Shown piece after piece: positions 24,201 through 36,200 of a stretch of 64,000 nt of DNA. The stretch is from Fimbriosthenelais zetlandica. Lineage: Eukaryota. The DNA lies in the NCBI GenBank assembly GCA_977030845.1, contig OZ365117.1, positions 3,100,001 to 3,164,000 of the forward strand, in the 5' to 3' direction. Under the pieces are notes generated by a model that was given only the letters and a program-made list of their open reading frames with translations, was not told the DNA's origin and did no database searches. The translations under genes and the position numbers were made by a program. How positions within the stretch are numbered: position 1 is the stretch's first letter; the number at the start of each line of letters is the position of its first letter.

Positions 24201-27200
24201 GTTACTGTTTCTTCAGTTGTTTCTGGTGCCATTTCCGCTTGCTGGGTGACAACTTTAGTAACTGTTTTCTTGGTCACTTGGGCCTTCTGAGTTACTTGTG
24301 TGATGTCAGTAGGTTGCGCCTCCTCAGTAGTAAATGTAACGGTTTCTTCAGTTGTTTCAGGAGCCATTTCAGCTTCCTGAGTAACAACTTTGCTGACAGT
24401 TTTCTTGGTGACCTTTGAAGTTGCAAGCTGAGTTTCACCAACTTGTTCTGGCTGCACTTCAGCCATTTTGAACTCAGTGGTTTCCTCAGTTGTCTCGGGT
24501 GCCATTTGGGCCTCCTGTGTTACAACTTGTGTTGTCTTTTTCTTGGTGACAACAGCTTTCTTGGTGACTTCAGCAGTATCAGTTGGTTTAGCCTCTTCAG
24601 TTGTGAAGGTGACAGTTTCCTCTGTTACTTCAGGAGCCATCTGTGCCTCCTGAGTCACAACCTTTGTCACAGTTTTCTTGGTGACTTTGGCTTGAGAAGT
24701 TTGCATCTCAGCGATTTGGTCTGGTTGGACTTCAGCAGTAGTGAAAGACACTGTTTCTTCTGTCGTTTCAGGAGCCATTTCGGCTTGCTGAGTGCTTACT
24801 TTGGTGGTCATTTTCTTAGTAACAGTCGCCTTGCCTTTCACCATTTGGGTAATTTCTTCTGGCATGGCTTCAGCAGTTGTGAATGTCACTGTTTCTTCAG
24901 TCGTCTCAGGGGCCATTTCTGCCTGCTGAGTGCTGACTTTGGTGATTGTCTTTTTAGTGACCATGGCCTTGCCTGTAACTGTTTGGGCAATTTCTTCTGG
25001 CATCGCCTCTGCAGTTGTGAAAGTCACTGTTTCTTCTGTCGTTTCTGGTGCCATTTCAGCCTGTTGAGTACTTACTTTTGTGATGGTCTTTTTAGTGACA
25101 GTAGCCTTACCACTGACTGTTTGGGCAATTTCTTCTGGCATCGCCTCTGCAGTTGTGAAAGTCACTGTTTCTTCAGTTGTCTCAGGAGCCATTTCTGCCT
25201 GCTGAGTGCTTACTTTTGTGATGGTCTTTTTAGTGACAGTAGCCTTACCACTGACTGTTTGGGCAATTTCTTCTGGCATTGCTTCAGCAGTTGTGAAAGT
25301 GACTGTTTCTTCAGTTGTCTCAGGAGCCATTTCTGCCTGCTGAGTGCTTACTTTTGTGATTGTCTTTTTAGTGACAGTAGCCTTACCACTGACTGTTTGG
25401 CCAATTTCTTCAGGCATTGCTTCAGCAGTTGTGAAAGTCACTGTTTCCTCTGTAGTCTCTGGGGCCATCACAGCTTCTTGTGTTGTCACCTTTGATACAG
25501 TTTTCTTTGTCACTTTAGAAGTAGCTAGCTGAGCTGGTGCAATTTCTTCAGGTTGGATCTCAGCCGTTGTGAAGGTGGAGACAGTTTCTTCGGTGGTCTC
25601 TGGAGCCATTTGTGCTTCCTGCATGCCTATCTTAGTCAGTGTTTTCTTTGTAATCATAGCTTCACCGGTTGCCATTTTGGCAATCTCTTCAGGCTGAATT
25701 TCAGCTGTTGTGAAAGTAACAGTTTCTTCTGTTGTCTCTGGGGCCATCTGTGCCTCTTGTATACCAACTTTAGTGATCATTTTCTTGGTAACTTGAGCCT
25801 GGCCGGTCACAAGCTGTGCTATTTCCTCAGGTGTGGCCTCAGCAGTGCTGAAGGTGACAGTTTCCTCTGTTACCTCAGGAGCCATCTGTGCCTCCTGAGT
25901 GACAACCTTTGTCACAGTTTTCTTGGTGACTTTGGCTTGAGAAGTTTGCATCTCAGCGATTTGGTCTGGTTGGACTTCAGCAGTAGTGAAAGACACTGTT
26001 TCTTCTGTCGTTTCAGGTGCCATCTCGGCTTGCTGAGTGCTTACTTTGGTGATAGTCTTTTTAGTGACTGTGGCCTTACCAGTGATTGTCTGGGCGATTT
26101 CTTCTGGCATAGCTTCAGCAGTGGTGAATGTTACTGTTTCTTGAGTGGTTTCTGGTGCCATTTCGGCTTGTTGAGTACTTACTTTTGTAACCATCTTTTT
26201 GGTCACAGTCGCCTTTCCACTGACCATTTGGGCAATTTCTTCTGGCATTGCTTCAGCAGTAGTAAATGTTACTGTTTCTTCGGTGGTTTCTGGTGCCATT
26301 TCGGCCTGCTGAGTGGTGACTTTTGTCACGGTTTTCTTTGTTACTTTAGATGTTGCCATCTCAGGCTGGCTGACTTCAGCAGGTTGAATCTCAGCTGTGG
26401 TGAAGGTAACTGTCTCCTCTGTTGTCTCTGGAGCCATTTGTGTCTCCTGCATTCCAACTTTGGTGATCATCTTCTTTGTAACCTCAGCCTGTCCCATTGC
26501 CATTTGTGCAATTTCCTGAGGCATGCTTTCAGCTGTTGTGAAGGTCACAGTTTCTTCTGTAGTTTCAGGAGCCATTTGTGCTTCCTGGGTGCTCACTTTG
26601 GTGATTGTCTTTTTGGTGACCATCGCCTGGCCTGTGACGGTCTGGGTGATGTCTTGTGGCATGGCTTCCTCTGTGGTATAAGTCACAGTTTCCTGGGTCG
26701 TTTCAGGAGCCATCTGAGCCTCTTGCATTCCAACCTTTGTCACTGTCTTCTTGGTGACCATAACCTGACCAGTTGCCATTTTGGCAATTTCCTCAGGCAT
26801 GGCAGCTTCTGTGCTATATGTCACTGTTTCCTCGGTTGTTTCTGGGGCCATACCAGCTTCTTGAGTAGACACTTTAGTGGTGACCTTCTTTGTGATTGTA
26901 GCCTGGGTCGTCTGCACTCCAGAGACTTCCATCGTTGCTAGTTCTTCTTCAGCATCGACAAAATCATCTTCTTCAGTTTGTTCTATTTGCAACTGGACTT
27001 GTTGCATTTGTCCCATAGCCTGTACCTGAGCTGGCATAGTGACACCAGCCTGAGTGGTTTGGACAAGGATTTCTCCAGTCTGAGCGGTCTCTCCTTCCAT
27101 AGTGACTGCCTGGTCCTGCACAGCCTCGATTCTCATCTCAGAGACTTGCATTTGACCCATAGCCTGAATCTGAGCAGGCATTGTCACGCCAGCTCTTGTG

Positions 27201-30200
27201 GTCTGGATGACGATTTGCCCGGTAGTGGCGGTCTCTTGTGATAGAGTCACTGGTTGATCTTGTACCATTTCAAGCGTCATCTGAGATTGCTGCATCTGAC
27301 CCATGGCCTGGATCTGTGCAGGCATGGTGACACCAGCTCGCGTCGTCTCAGTGACTATCTCAGCAGGAACTGCGCTCTCTTCTGTCACAGTCGTCGGCTG
27401 GTCTTGGACAATTTCAAAGGTCATTTGTGACTGTTGCATTTGTCCCATGGCTTGGACTTGAGCTGGCATTGTGACTCCAGCTTGAGTGGTGGCTGATAGA
27501 ATGTCATGAGTGACAGCTGTTTCCTGGGTGACCTTGGTTTCACCTTCCTGAACTATTTCCATCTTCATCTCAGCCATTTGCATCTGGCCCATGGCTTGGA
27601 CCTGAGCTGGCATGGTGACGCCAGCCTGTGTCATCTCGACTGTTATCTGGCCAGGCTCAGCCTCAGCTTCAGTGAATGTTGTAGGTTGGTCCTGGACTGT
27701 CTCCATAGTCAGGTGAGCTTGGTGGATATGACCCAAAGCCTGGACCTGTGCAGGAAGTGTCATTCCAGCTTGGGTCATTCTTTGTGAGACCTCGCTAGGC
27801 CACACACTCTCACTAACCTCTTCTGTTATACTGTCTGATATTGTCTCAGTAGGGATGTCCATCTTTTGCATACCAACTTGCATTTGAGATGGCATTTGTT
27901 TGCTGTCGATTGAAATCATGGTCGAGCTTATTTCCATGGGAATGGCAGTTTGCTCAGAAACTGGCTCAATACCCTCTTGTGTGAATTCTATTTTGACCTC
28001 TGAAAAGTGGTAGACACAAATAAATGATCAGTAACTTAAAATACATGAGCAAGTAGCGCATAGATCTTAACTAGAGTTTTGAAAGATTCTTAAGGAGAAA
28101 GAAGAGAGACATAGACTTAGAGAAATTCAGGAGAGATGTGACGTAGGATATTTAAAACGATTGATATACATTTGAAACTTATATAATCTAAATTATACAT
28201 GAAAAAACAAAACGGCACATGCACACGGCGCTCACATAATGCTTAGCAAGGCATAAACTGACAAATAAAAAGTAAATAATAGAAATAAAATTCAAATGGC
28301 ACAAACTAATATTGCATGAGAATAATGTGCAGAAAGCAAAAGAAATGAACAGAGAAATATATAAACTATACATAAAGTGTGAGAAGAAGAAACAACTGAA
28401 AATTAGACCAGATAAATGACATATAATAACGAAAATGGGTGGACACGGAGGGTGGATTATACCTTACTTGTATTATATGGAAATAAAAGGGGTAGGATAT
28501 CTACTAGGACAAAGGGATCTTAGCATTTTGACCTATTAAATAAGAAATGAGTGAGTGAACCAAATAAACTTCTTCGATAGTATAGACATGAACAGAAGTG
28601 AATCTGAAATAAATGGTAAGTGAATAACTTAAAGAAAAGCTCTAGAGAAGATAAATGAACTGATCCTGAAATGAGACATGCGCGCAAATAATCAGTGAGA
28701 TCATGCAACTACGTGGAGGTGTAGGTGAACATAGAGAGGGACAGATAAAAACATAGAATAAGTCATACATTTAGAACGAGAATAAATGTATCACAAACTT
28801 GTCTGAACATAAGAGCTTTAGTCACTCCGCCCAGTAAAGGCAGCAGAGAAAAGGCATACATAACCTAGAATAAAACAGATGAATAAAGAAGGCTGCGCAC
28901 ATGCCCAAATGGTGCTGCTGCCGCATGTCAACCAATTGGAGCAAATACAGAAGATTCATGCAAAAAGAAATATGAAATATTAAGTTGTCATGCCCAGCCC
29001 TACAATACTTGTAGAACTAATCTAATATCTAAGATGCTACGGCAACAAAAATTCTGTGCAAGCGCTGAACGGTGTGGCATAGTCATGCTCTGAGGACCAG
29101 AGCATGAAGCAGAAACCTGATCATGGTTTCAGTGACATACGGCCATGCTTGAATCCACATGATATACCTTCACATTCTTCCGGAGCATCGCCAAGTTTCT
29201 CCTTCACTTCTAATGCTTCAACAGAAGGTTTCTTCATGTCCAGAGTGACGTCTTCAGGAACCAGGGACATGTCAGACGGCATGGTGAAGTCCCCAGCAGC
29301 TGTATCTTCTGTCGTTACTTCAGTAAACTGAACACCAGCCTGCATCTCTCTCAACAACTCAGGTTCTACTTTAACTTTCTCATCAGGAATGTCTGTGCTA
29401 CTAATCTCTGTGCTGGCTATTTCCTGGACTTCCTCAGTGATTTCTGGTTGAATTTCGGAAGTTATTTGACCAGCCTGTGCTTCTTTGGGAAGCTCAAACT
29501 GAACAGTACCATAATCAGTTGTAATGTGTGATGGTTCCACAGATTCATGCTCCTGAGGCTTCAACTCCTCTGATACAGTTTCAGTTTTTATTTCCTCTTG
29601 CTGGAGACCAATCTGAGATGGTTCAGGCAGCACAACACCTGCACTGAAGATCTCAACTTTGGTATCAGTTGGTTGGACTTCTTCACCAGTTTCGATTGTA
29701 ATTTCTTCTGAAATCATTTCTGGTTTCAATTCAGCTTGTTGTAGTCCTATCTGAGTTGGTTGTGGCATTTCTATTCCAGCAGTTGAGATTTCCATCGTCA
29801 CTTGAGATGGTTCAATGCCTTCGTCCTTCTGGATTACAATTTCCTGGCTTACACTTTCTTGCTTAAGCTCAGCTTGTTGGATTCCTATCTGAGTTGGTTG
29901 TGGCATTTCAATCCCTGCCGTTGAGATTTCCATTGTAACCTGTGATGGTTCAATGCCTTCGTCCTTCTGGATTATGATTTCTTGGCTTACACTTTCTGGT
30001 TTGAGCTCAGCCTGCTGGATTCCTATCTGAGTTGGTTGAGGCATTTCTATGCCAGCAGTTGAGATTTCCATTGTCACTTGTGATGGTTCAATGCCTTCGT
30101 CCTTCTGGATTACAATTTCCTGGCTTACGGTTTCTGGCTTATGCTCAGCTTGTTGTATTCCTATCTGAGTTGGTTGTGGCATTTCAACACCAGCAGTTGA

Positions 30201-33200
30201 GATCTCCATTGTCACTTGTGAGGGTTCAATACCTTCATCTTTCTGGATTACAATTTCCTGGCTTACACTTTCTTGCTTAAGCTCAGCTTGTTGTATTCCA
30301 ATCTGAGTTGGTTGAGGCATTTCAACACCGGCTGTTGAGATTTCCATGGTCACTTTTGAAGGTTCAATTCCTTCATCTTTCTGGATTACAATTTCTTGGC
30401 TTACACTTTCTTGCTTAAGCTCAGCTTGTTGAATTCCAATCTGAGTTGGTTGAGGCATTTCAACACCGGCTGTTGAGATCTCCATGGTCACTTGAGATGG
30501 CTCAATGCCTTCGTCCTTTTGAATTACAATTTCCTGGCTTACGGTTTCTGGCTTGAGTTCAGCTTGTTGGATACCTATCTGAGTTGGTTGAGGCATTTCT
30601 ATGCCAGCAGTTGAGATTTCCATTGTCACTTGAGATGACTCAATGCCTTCATCCTTCTGGATTGTGATTTCTTGGCTTACGGTTTCTGGCTTGAGTTCAG
30701 CCTGTTGTATTCCTATCTGAGTTGGTTGAGGCATTTCTATGCCAGCAGTTGAGATTTCCATGGTCACTTGTGAGGGTTCAATACCTTCGTCCTTCTGGAT
30801 TACAATTTCCTGGCTTACGGTTTCTGGCTTGAGTTCAGCCTGCTGGATTCCTATCTGAGTTGGTTGTGGCATTTCTATGCCAGCAGTTGAGATTTCCATG
30901 GTCACTTGTGAGGGTTCAATACCTTCGTCCTTCTGGATTACAATTTCCTGGCTTACGGTTTCTGGCTTGAGTTCAGCCTGTTGTATTCCTATCTGAGTTG
31001 GTTGCGGCATTTCTATTCCAGCAGTTGAGATTTCCATTGTCACTTGCGATGGTTCAATGCCTTCATCCTTCTGGATTACAATTTCCTGGCTTACACTTTC
31101 TTGCTTAAGCTCAGCTTGTTGTATTCCAATCTGAGTTGGTTGAGGCATTTCTATGCCAGCAGTTGAGATTTCCATTGTCACTTGCGATGGTTCAATGCCT
31201 TCGTCCTTCTGGATTACAATTTCTTGGCTTACAGTTTCTGGTTTGAGTTCTTCTTGCTGAATACCAACCTGGGCTGGCTTTGGCAGCTCAATTCCAGCTG
31301 TAGACACATCAAGTGTTATTTCTGATGGCTGAATTCCTTCATCTTTTTGTACAACTATTTCCTCTGATACAGTTTCAGGTTTCATCTGTGATTCCTGGAT
31401 ACCAACTTGACTGGGTTGTGGAAGTTCAACACCTGCCGTTGATACCTCGAATGTTATTTCAGATGGGGCAACCATTTCATCCTTCTGAATAGTGATTTCC
31501 TCAGAGACGGACTCAGGTTGGAGTTCAGCCATTTGCATGACAGCTTTGGTGGGTTCAGGGAGAGTTATACCAGCAGTAGATACCTCTTTGGTTGTTTGCA
31601 CAGGCTCTACTCCCTCATCTTTCTGAACCACTATTTCCTCCTTCACCATTTCTGTGGTCAGTTCAGCTTCCTGGATTCCAACTTTAGTTGGTTTTGGCAG
31701 ATCAACATCTGCCGTAGACACCTGGAAGGAGATCTCAGATGGAGCGACCCCCTCGTCTTTCTGGACTCCGATTTCCTCAGAGATCATCTCGGGGGCGAGT
31801 TCAGTGACCTGCATGCCAGCTTGTGTGAGTTGTGGCATGACAATAGAAGCAGTAGAAATATCCATGGTAATCTCTGACGTTTTCACTGTCTCATCCTTCT
31901 GAATTGTTATTTCTTGTGAGACAGTTTCTGGCTTTAATTCAGCTTCCTGTACACCCACTTGTGCAGGTTGTGGCAGTTGAATACCAGCAGTACTAATGTC
32001 CATGGTGATGACTGAAGGCTGGATTGTCTCATCTTTTTGGATGGTTATTTCGTCGCCCATTTGTTCTGGTTTCAACACAGCTTCCTGAACTCCCACTTGA
32101 GTTGGCTGTGATGGTTGAATACCCGCCATTGATATCTCCATTTTGATTTCAGAGGGTTCAACGCCCTCATCAGTCGGTAGGGCAATCTCTTCTGAAATCA
32201 TTTCTTGAGTGATTTGAGCAATTTGAGTGCCAGCTTGGGTTGGAGCGGGTAGCTGAATACCAGCTGTGGATATTTCTTGGGTGATTTGCATCGGTTCGAC
32301 CCCCTCATCAGTTGGGATAGTGATTTCCTGAGTGATCATTTCTTGCTTGAGTTCTGCTTGCTGTTCACCTACTTTGACTGGTTGAGGGAAGCTGATACCA
32401 GCTGTAGAGATTTCCATTGTAACCTCAGATGATTTCGTACCCTCATCCTTTTGGACAACCAGCTCCTCCGTGATTGTCTCAGGCTGGAGTTGGCTCTCCT
32501 GAACGCCCACTTGCATGGGTTGTGGTAATTTTATACCAGCTGTTGAAATGTCTTGAGTGATTTCGGATGGCTTGGCGCCTTCATCTATCTGTACCTGAAT
32601 GACTTGTGTTATGATTTCCTCACTTTGTTCAGTGACTTGTGTGTCTACTTTAGCTGGTTCAGGGAGCTGAATACCAGCCGTCGTTATGTCAAGTGTCACT
32701 TGGGACGGTTCCACGGCTTCATCTCTCTGCAGTGTAATCTCCTGGGTAATTGTCTCTTGTTTCATCTCAGCCTTTTGGACACCGACCTGAGTAGGTTCAG
32801 GCATCACAATACCGGCTGTAGAAACCTCCATGGTGATTTGAGTTGGAGTGACTTCCTCGTCTTTCTGGATCGTTATTTCCTCTGAAACAGTCTCTGGACG
32901 CACCACGTGTTGCTGCATGCTGATCTGCATGGGTTGCTTCGCGCCTATTTCAGCAGTGGAGATTTCCATTGTAATTTCAGAAGGCTGTGCTGTTTCATCC
33001 TTTTGAACAACAATCTCTCCAGACACTGTTTCAGGTTTCATTTCGGTTTCCTGGATACTTATTTGGGTAGGTTGGCGCATCTTGATGCCAGCAGTGGAAA
33101 TGTCCATCACAATTTCTGAAGGTTGAATCTCTTCATCTGTTGGGATAGTGATTTCTTCTCTTACAGTTTCTTGTTCGAGTACAGCTTGCTGGATACGAAC

Positions 33201-36200
33201 CTGAGTGGGTTGTGGTTGAACAACGCCAGCACTGGATATGTCCATTTGTATCTCAGATGGGAGAGCGGCTTCATCGACCTGTTCTCCAATCATCTGAGTT
33301 ATGGTTTCTTGTTGTAACTGAGCTACCTGTACACCAGTGACAGTGGGTTCAGGCATGACGATACCAGCTGTGGTCACCTGCATGGTTATCTCAGTTGATT
33401 TAATTCCCTCGTCTTTCTGTACACTGATTTCCTCTGTGATAGTCTCTGGTGTGAGTTCTGCTTGCTGAATGCCTATTTGTGTAGGTTGGGGGAGATCGAT
33501 CCCTGGTGTGGACACGTCCATAACGATCTGTGACGGACTGACTTCTTCACCTTTCTGGATCACTATCTCCTCTGTGATGATTTCCTGTTTCACTTCTTCC
33601 CTCTGCATCTCTATCTGAGATGGCTGAGGCATTTTGATGCCAGCAGTTGAGATCTCAAAGGTCACCTTGGTGGGTTCTAACCCTTCATCACTGGGCATAG
33701 CAACACCTTCCATCACCATTTCTTGTGTTAATGTAGCCTGCTGAACGCCCGCCTGTGTAGGCATTGGCATATCTATAGCAGCAGTACTGATTTCTTTGGT
33801 GACTTCTAGTGGTTGCACTTCCTCATCTTTCTGTTCTGCAAACACTTCAGTGATTGTCTCTTGCATCAGTTCAAACTTCTGCATGCCAACCTGAGCTGGT
33901 GTCGGCAGATCCATGGACACTGTGCTAATAGTAGTCACTGTTTCTGTTGTTGAAGCATCCTCAAATGAAGTATCAAGAGCGTCTTCAAAGTCATCTTCTT
34001 CAATTTCCTCTGATACTACATCAACTTGCATTGTTTCTGGAAGGTCTTTGATAGCCACTTCCCTCTCGGCTGTTATTTCATCAGGTTGGACTACTTTCTC
34101 TTCTGTAGTGACTACAACTTCAGACACGGTTTCAGTGATAACCTGTTCTTGTTGGATCTGGACTTGTGCAGGTTGTGGCATGTCAATGCCAGCTGTAGAG
34201 ACATCTAGTGATATTTCCTGTGGTAGAAGAGTCTTGTCATCTCTAGTGATAACCACTTCAGATGTATATTCTGGCTGAACAAGTTCCTGTTGGATATCAA
34301 CTTGAGCTGGAGCAGGCATTGTTACACCAGCAGTTGAGACATGCATTGTAATCTCTTGAGATTGTACTGTCATATCTTCACGACTCACAACCACTTCTGT
34401 AGTGAATTCTCCAGGTATTTCTTCAATCTGTTCTCTAACACCTACAGGTTTAGGCATTGTTACACCTGCGGTCGAGACATGCATTGTAATTTCCTTGGGC
34501 TGGACAGTCATATCTTCACGACTTACAACCACTTCTGTAGTGAATTCTCCAGGGATTTCTGCGATCTGTTCTTGAACACCTACAGGTTTAGGCATTGTTA
34601 CACCTGCGGTCGAGACATGCATTGTGATCTCCTGAGATTGTACTGTCATATCTTCACGACTGACAACCACTTCTGAAGTGAATTCTGAAGGGATTTCTTC
34701 TACCAATTCCTGGACACCAACTGGTTTAGGCATTGTTACACCAGCGGTTGACACATGCATTGTAATCTCTTTGGGCTGGACAGTCATATCTTCCCGACTT
34801 ACAACCACTTCTGTGGTGAATTCAGAAGGAATCTCTTCAATCTGTTCTTGAACTCCTACGGCTTTAGGCATTGTTACACCTGCGGTTGAGACATGCATTG
34901 TTATCTCTTGAGATTGTACAGTCATATCTTCTCGACTCACGACCACTTCTGTGGTGAATTCTCCAGGGATTTCCTCAATCTGTTCTTGAACTCCTACTGG
35001 TTTAGGCATTGTTACACCAGCAGTTGAGACATGCATTGTTATTTCTTTGGGTTGTATAGTCATATCTTCACGAGATACTATCACCTCAGAAGTGTATTCT
35101 GAAGGAATCTCTGCGATCTGTTCTTGAACACCTACAGGCTTAGGCATTGTTACACCAGCAGTTGAGACATGCATTGTTATCTCCTGAGATTGCACAGTCA
35201 TATCTTCACGACTAACAACCACTTCTGAAGTGAATTCTGAAGGGATTTCTTCTACCAATTCCTGGACACCCACTGGTTTAGGCATTGTTACACCAGCGGT
35301 TGAGACATGCATTGTTATCTCTTTGGGTTCTATAGTCATATCTTCCCGAGTCACAATAACTTCTGAAGTGAATTCAGAAGGGATTTCTTCAATCTGTTCT
35401 TGAACTCCTACGGCTCTAGGCATTGTTACACCAGCGGTTGAGACATGCATTGTGATTTCTTGCGGTTGTACAGTCATATCTTCCCGAGTCACAATAACTT
35501 CTGTGGTAAATTCAGAAGGGATTTCTTCAATCTGTTCCTTGACCCCAACTGGTTTAGGCATTGTTACACCCGCGGTCGAGACATGCATTGTAATCTCTTG
35601 CGGATGTACTGTCATGTCTTCCCGAGTCACAATAACTTCTGAGGTGTACTCCCCAGGGATCTCTTCCACCTGTTCTTTAACACCTACCGGTTTAGGCATT
35701 GTGATTTCAATAGTGCTTAGTTCGCGCTCAGTTTGCGAGGGCTCAACATGTTTTTCTTCCGTTGTGATTAGAAACTCTGATGTGTACTCTTGAGTTAGAA
35801 CCTCCTTCTGTTCATCCACTTCAGAAGGAACAGGCATATCACGTCCAGCAGTTGAAATCTCATAGGTATATTCTGAAGGTAGGGCAGATTCCTCCTCGTA
35901 TGTGATTGTCACTTCAGATGTGCACTCAGCAGGGGTATCCTCCTGCTGGGTGTCTACCCTTGCTAGTTTTGGTCTTTCTAAACTGGCCAGTGACACCTCA
36001 GTTCTTGTATGTGAGGGTTGGATCTCCTCATCTTCTGGTTCAAGCATCACTTCTGATGTACACTCACTCGGTATCATCTGGGTTTGTTCTCGGGTTTGAG
36101 CCAGTAGTGGTTGTTCAACATCAGCTGTTGACACTTCAAGTGTAATCACTCCAGGTTCAACAGTTTGTTCTTTAGGTCCAGAGAGAGTCTCATCTCCAAT

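Noticed and set aside
23612-27787. Plus-strand ORFs up to 462 aa rich in F/C/L/H
   Set aside because: Antisense to giant exon D; the periodicity mirrors its 138-bp repeat.
23478-28692. Shared 11-mer GCGCAAATAAT in the introns after exons D and C
   Set aside because: One shared 11-mer between two ~1.1-kb introns is within chance expectation.
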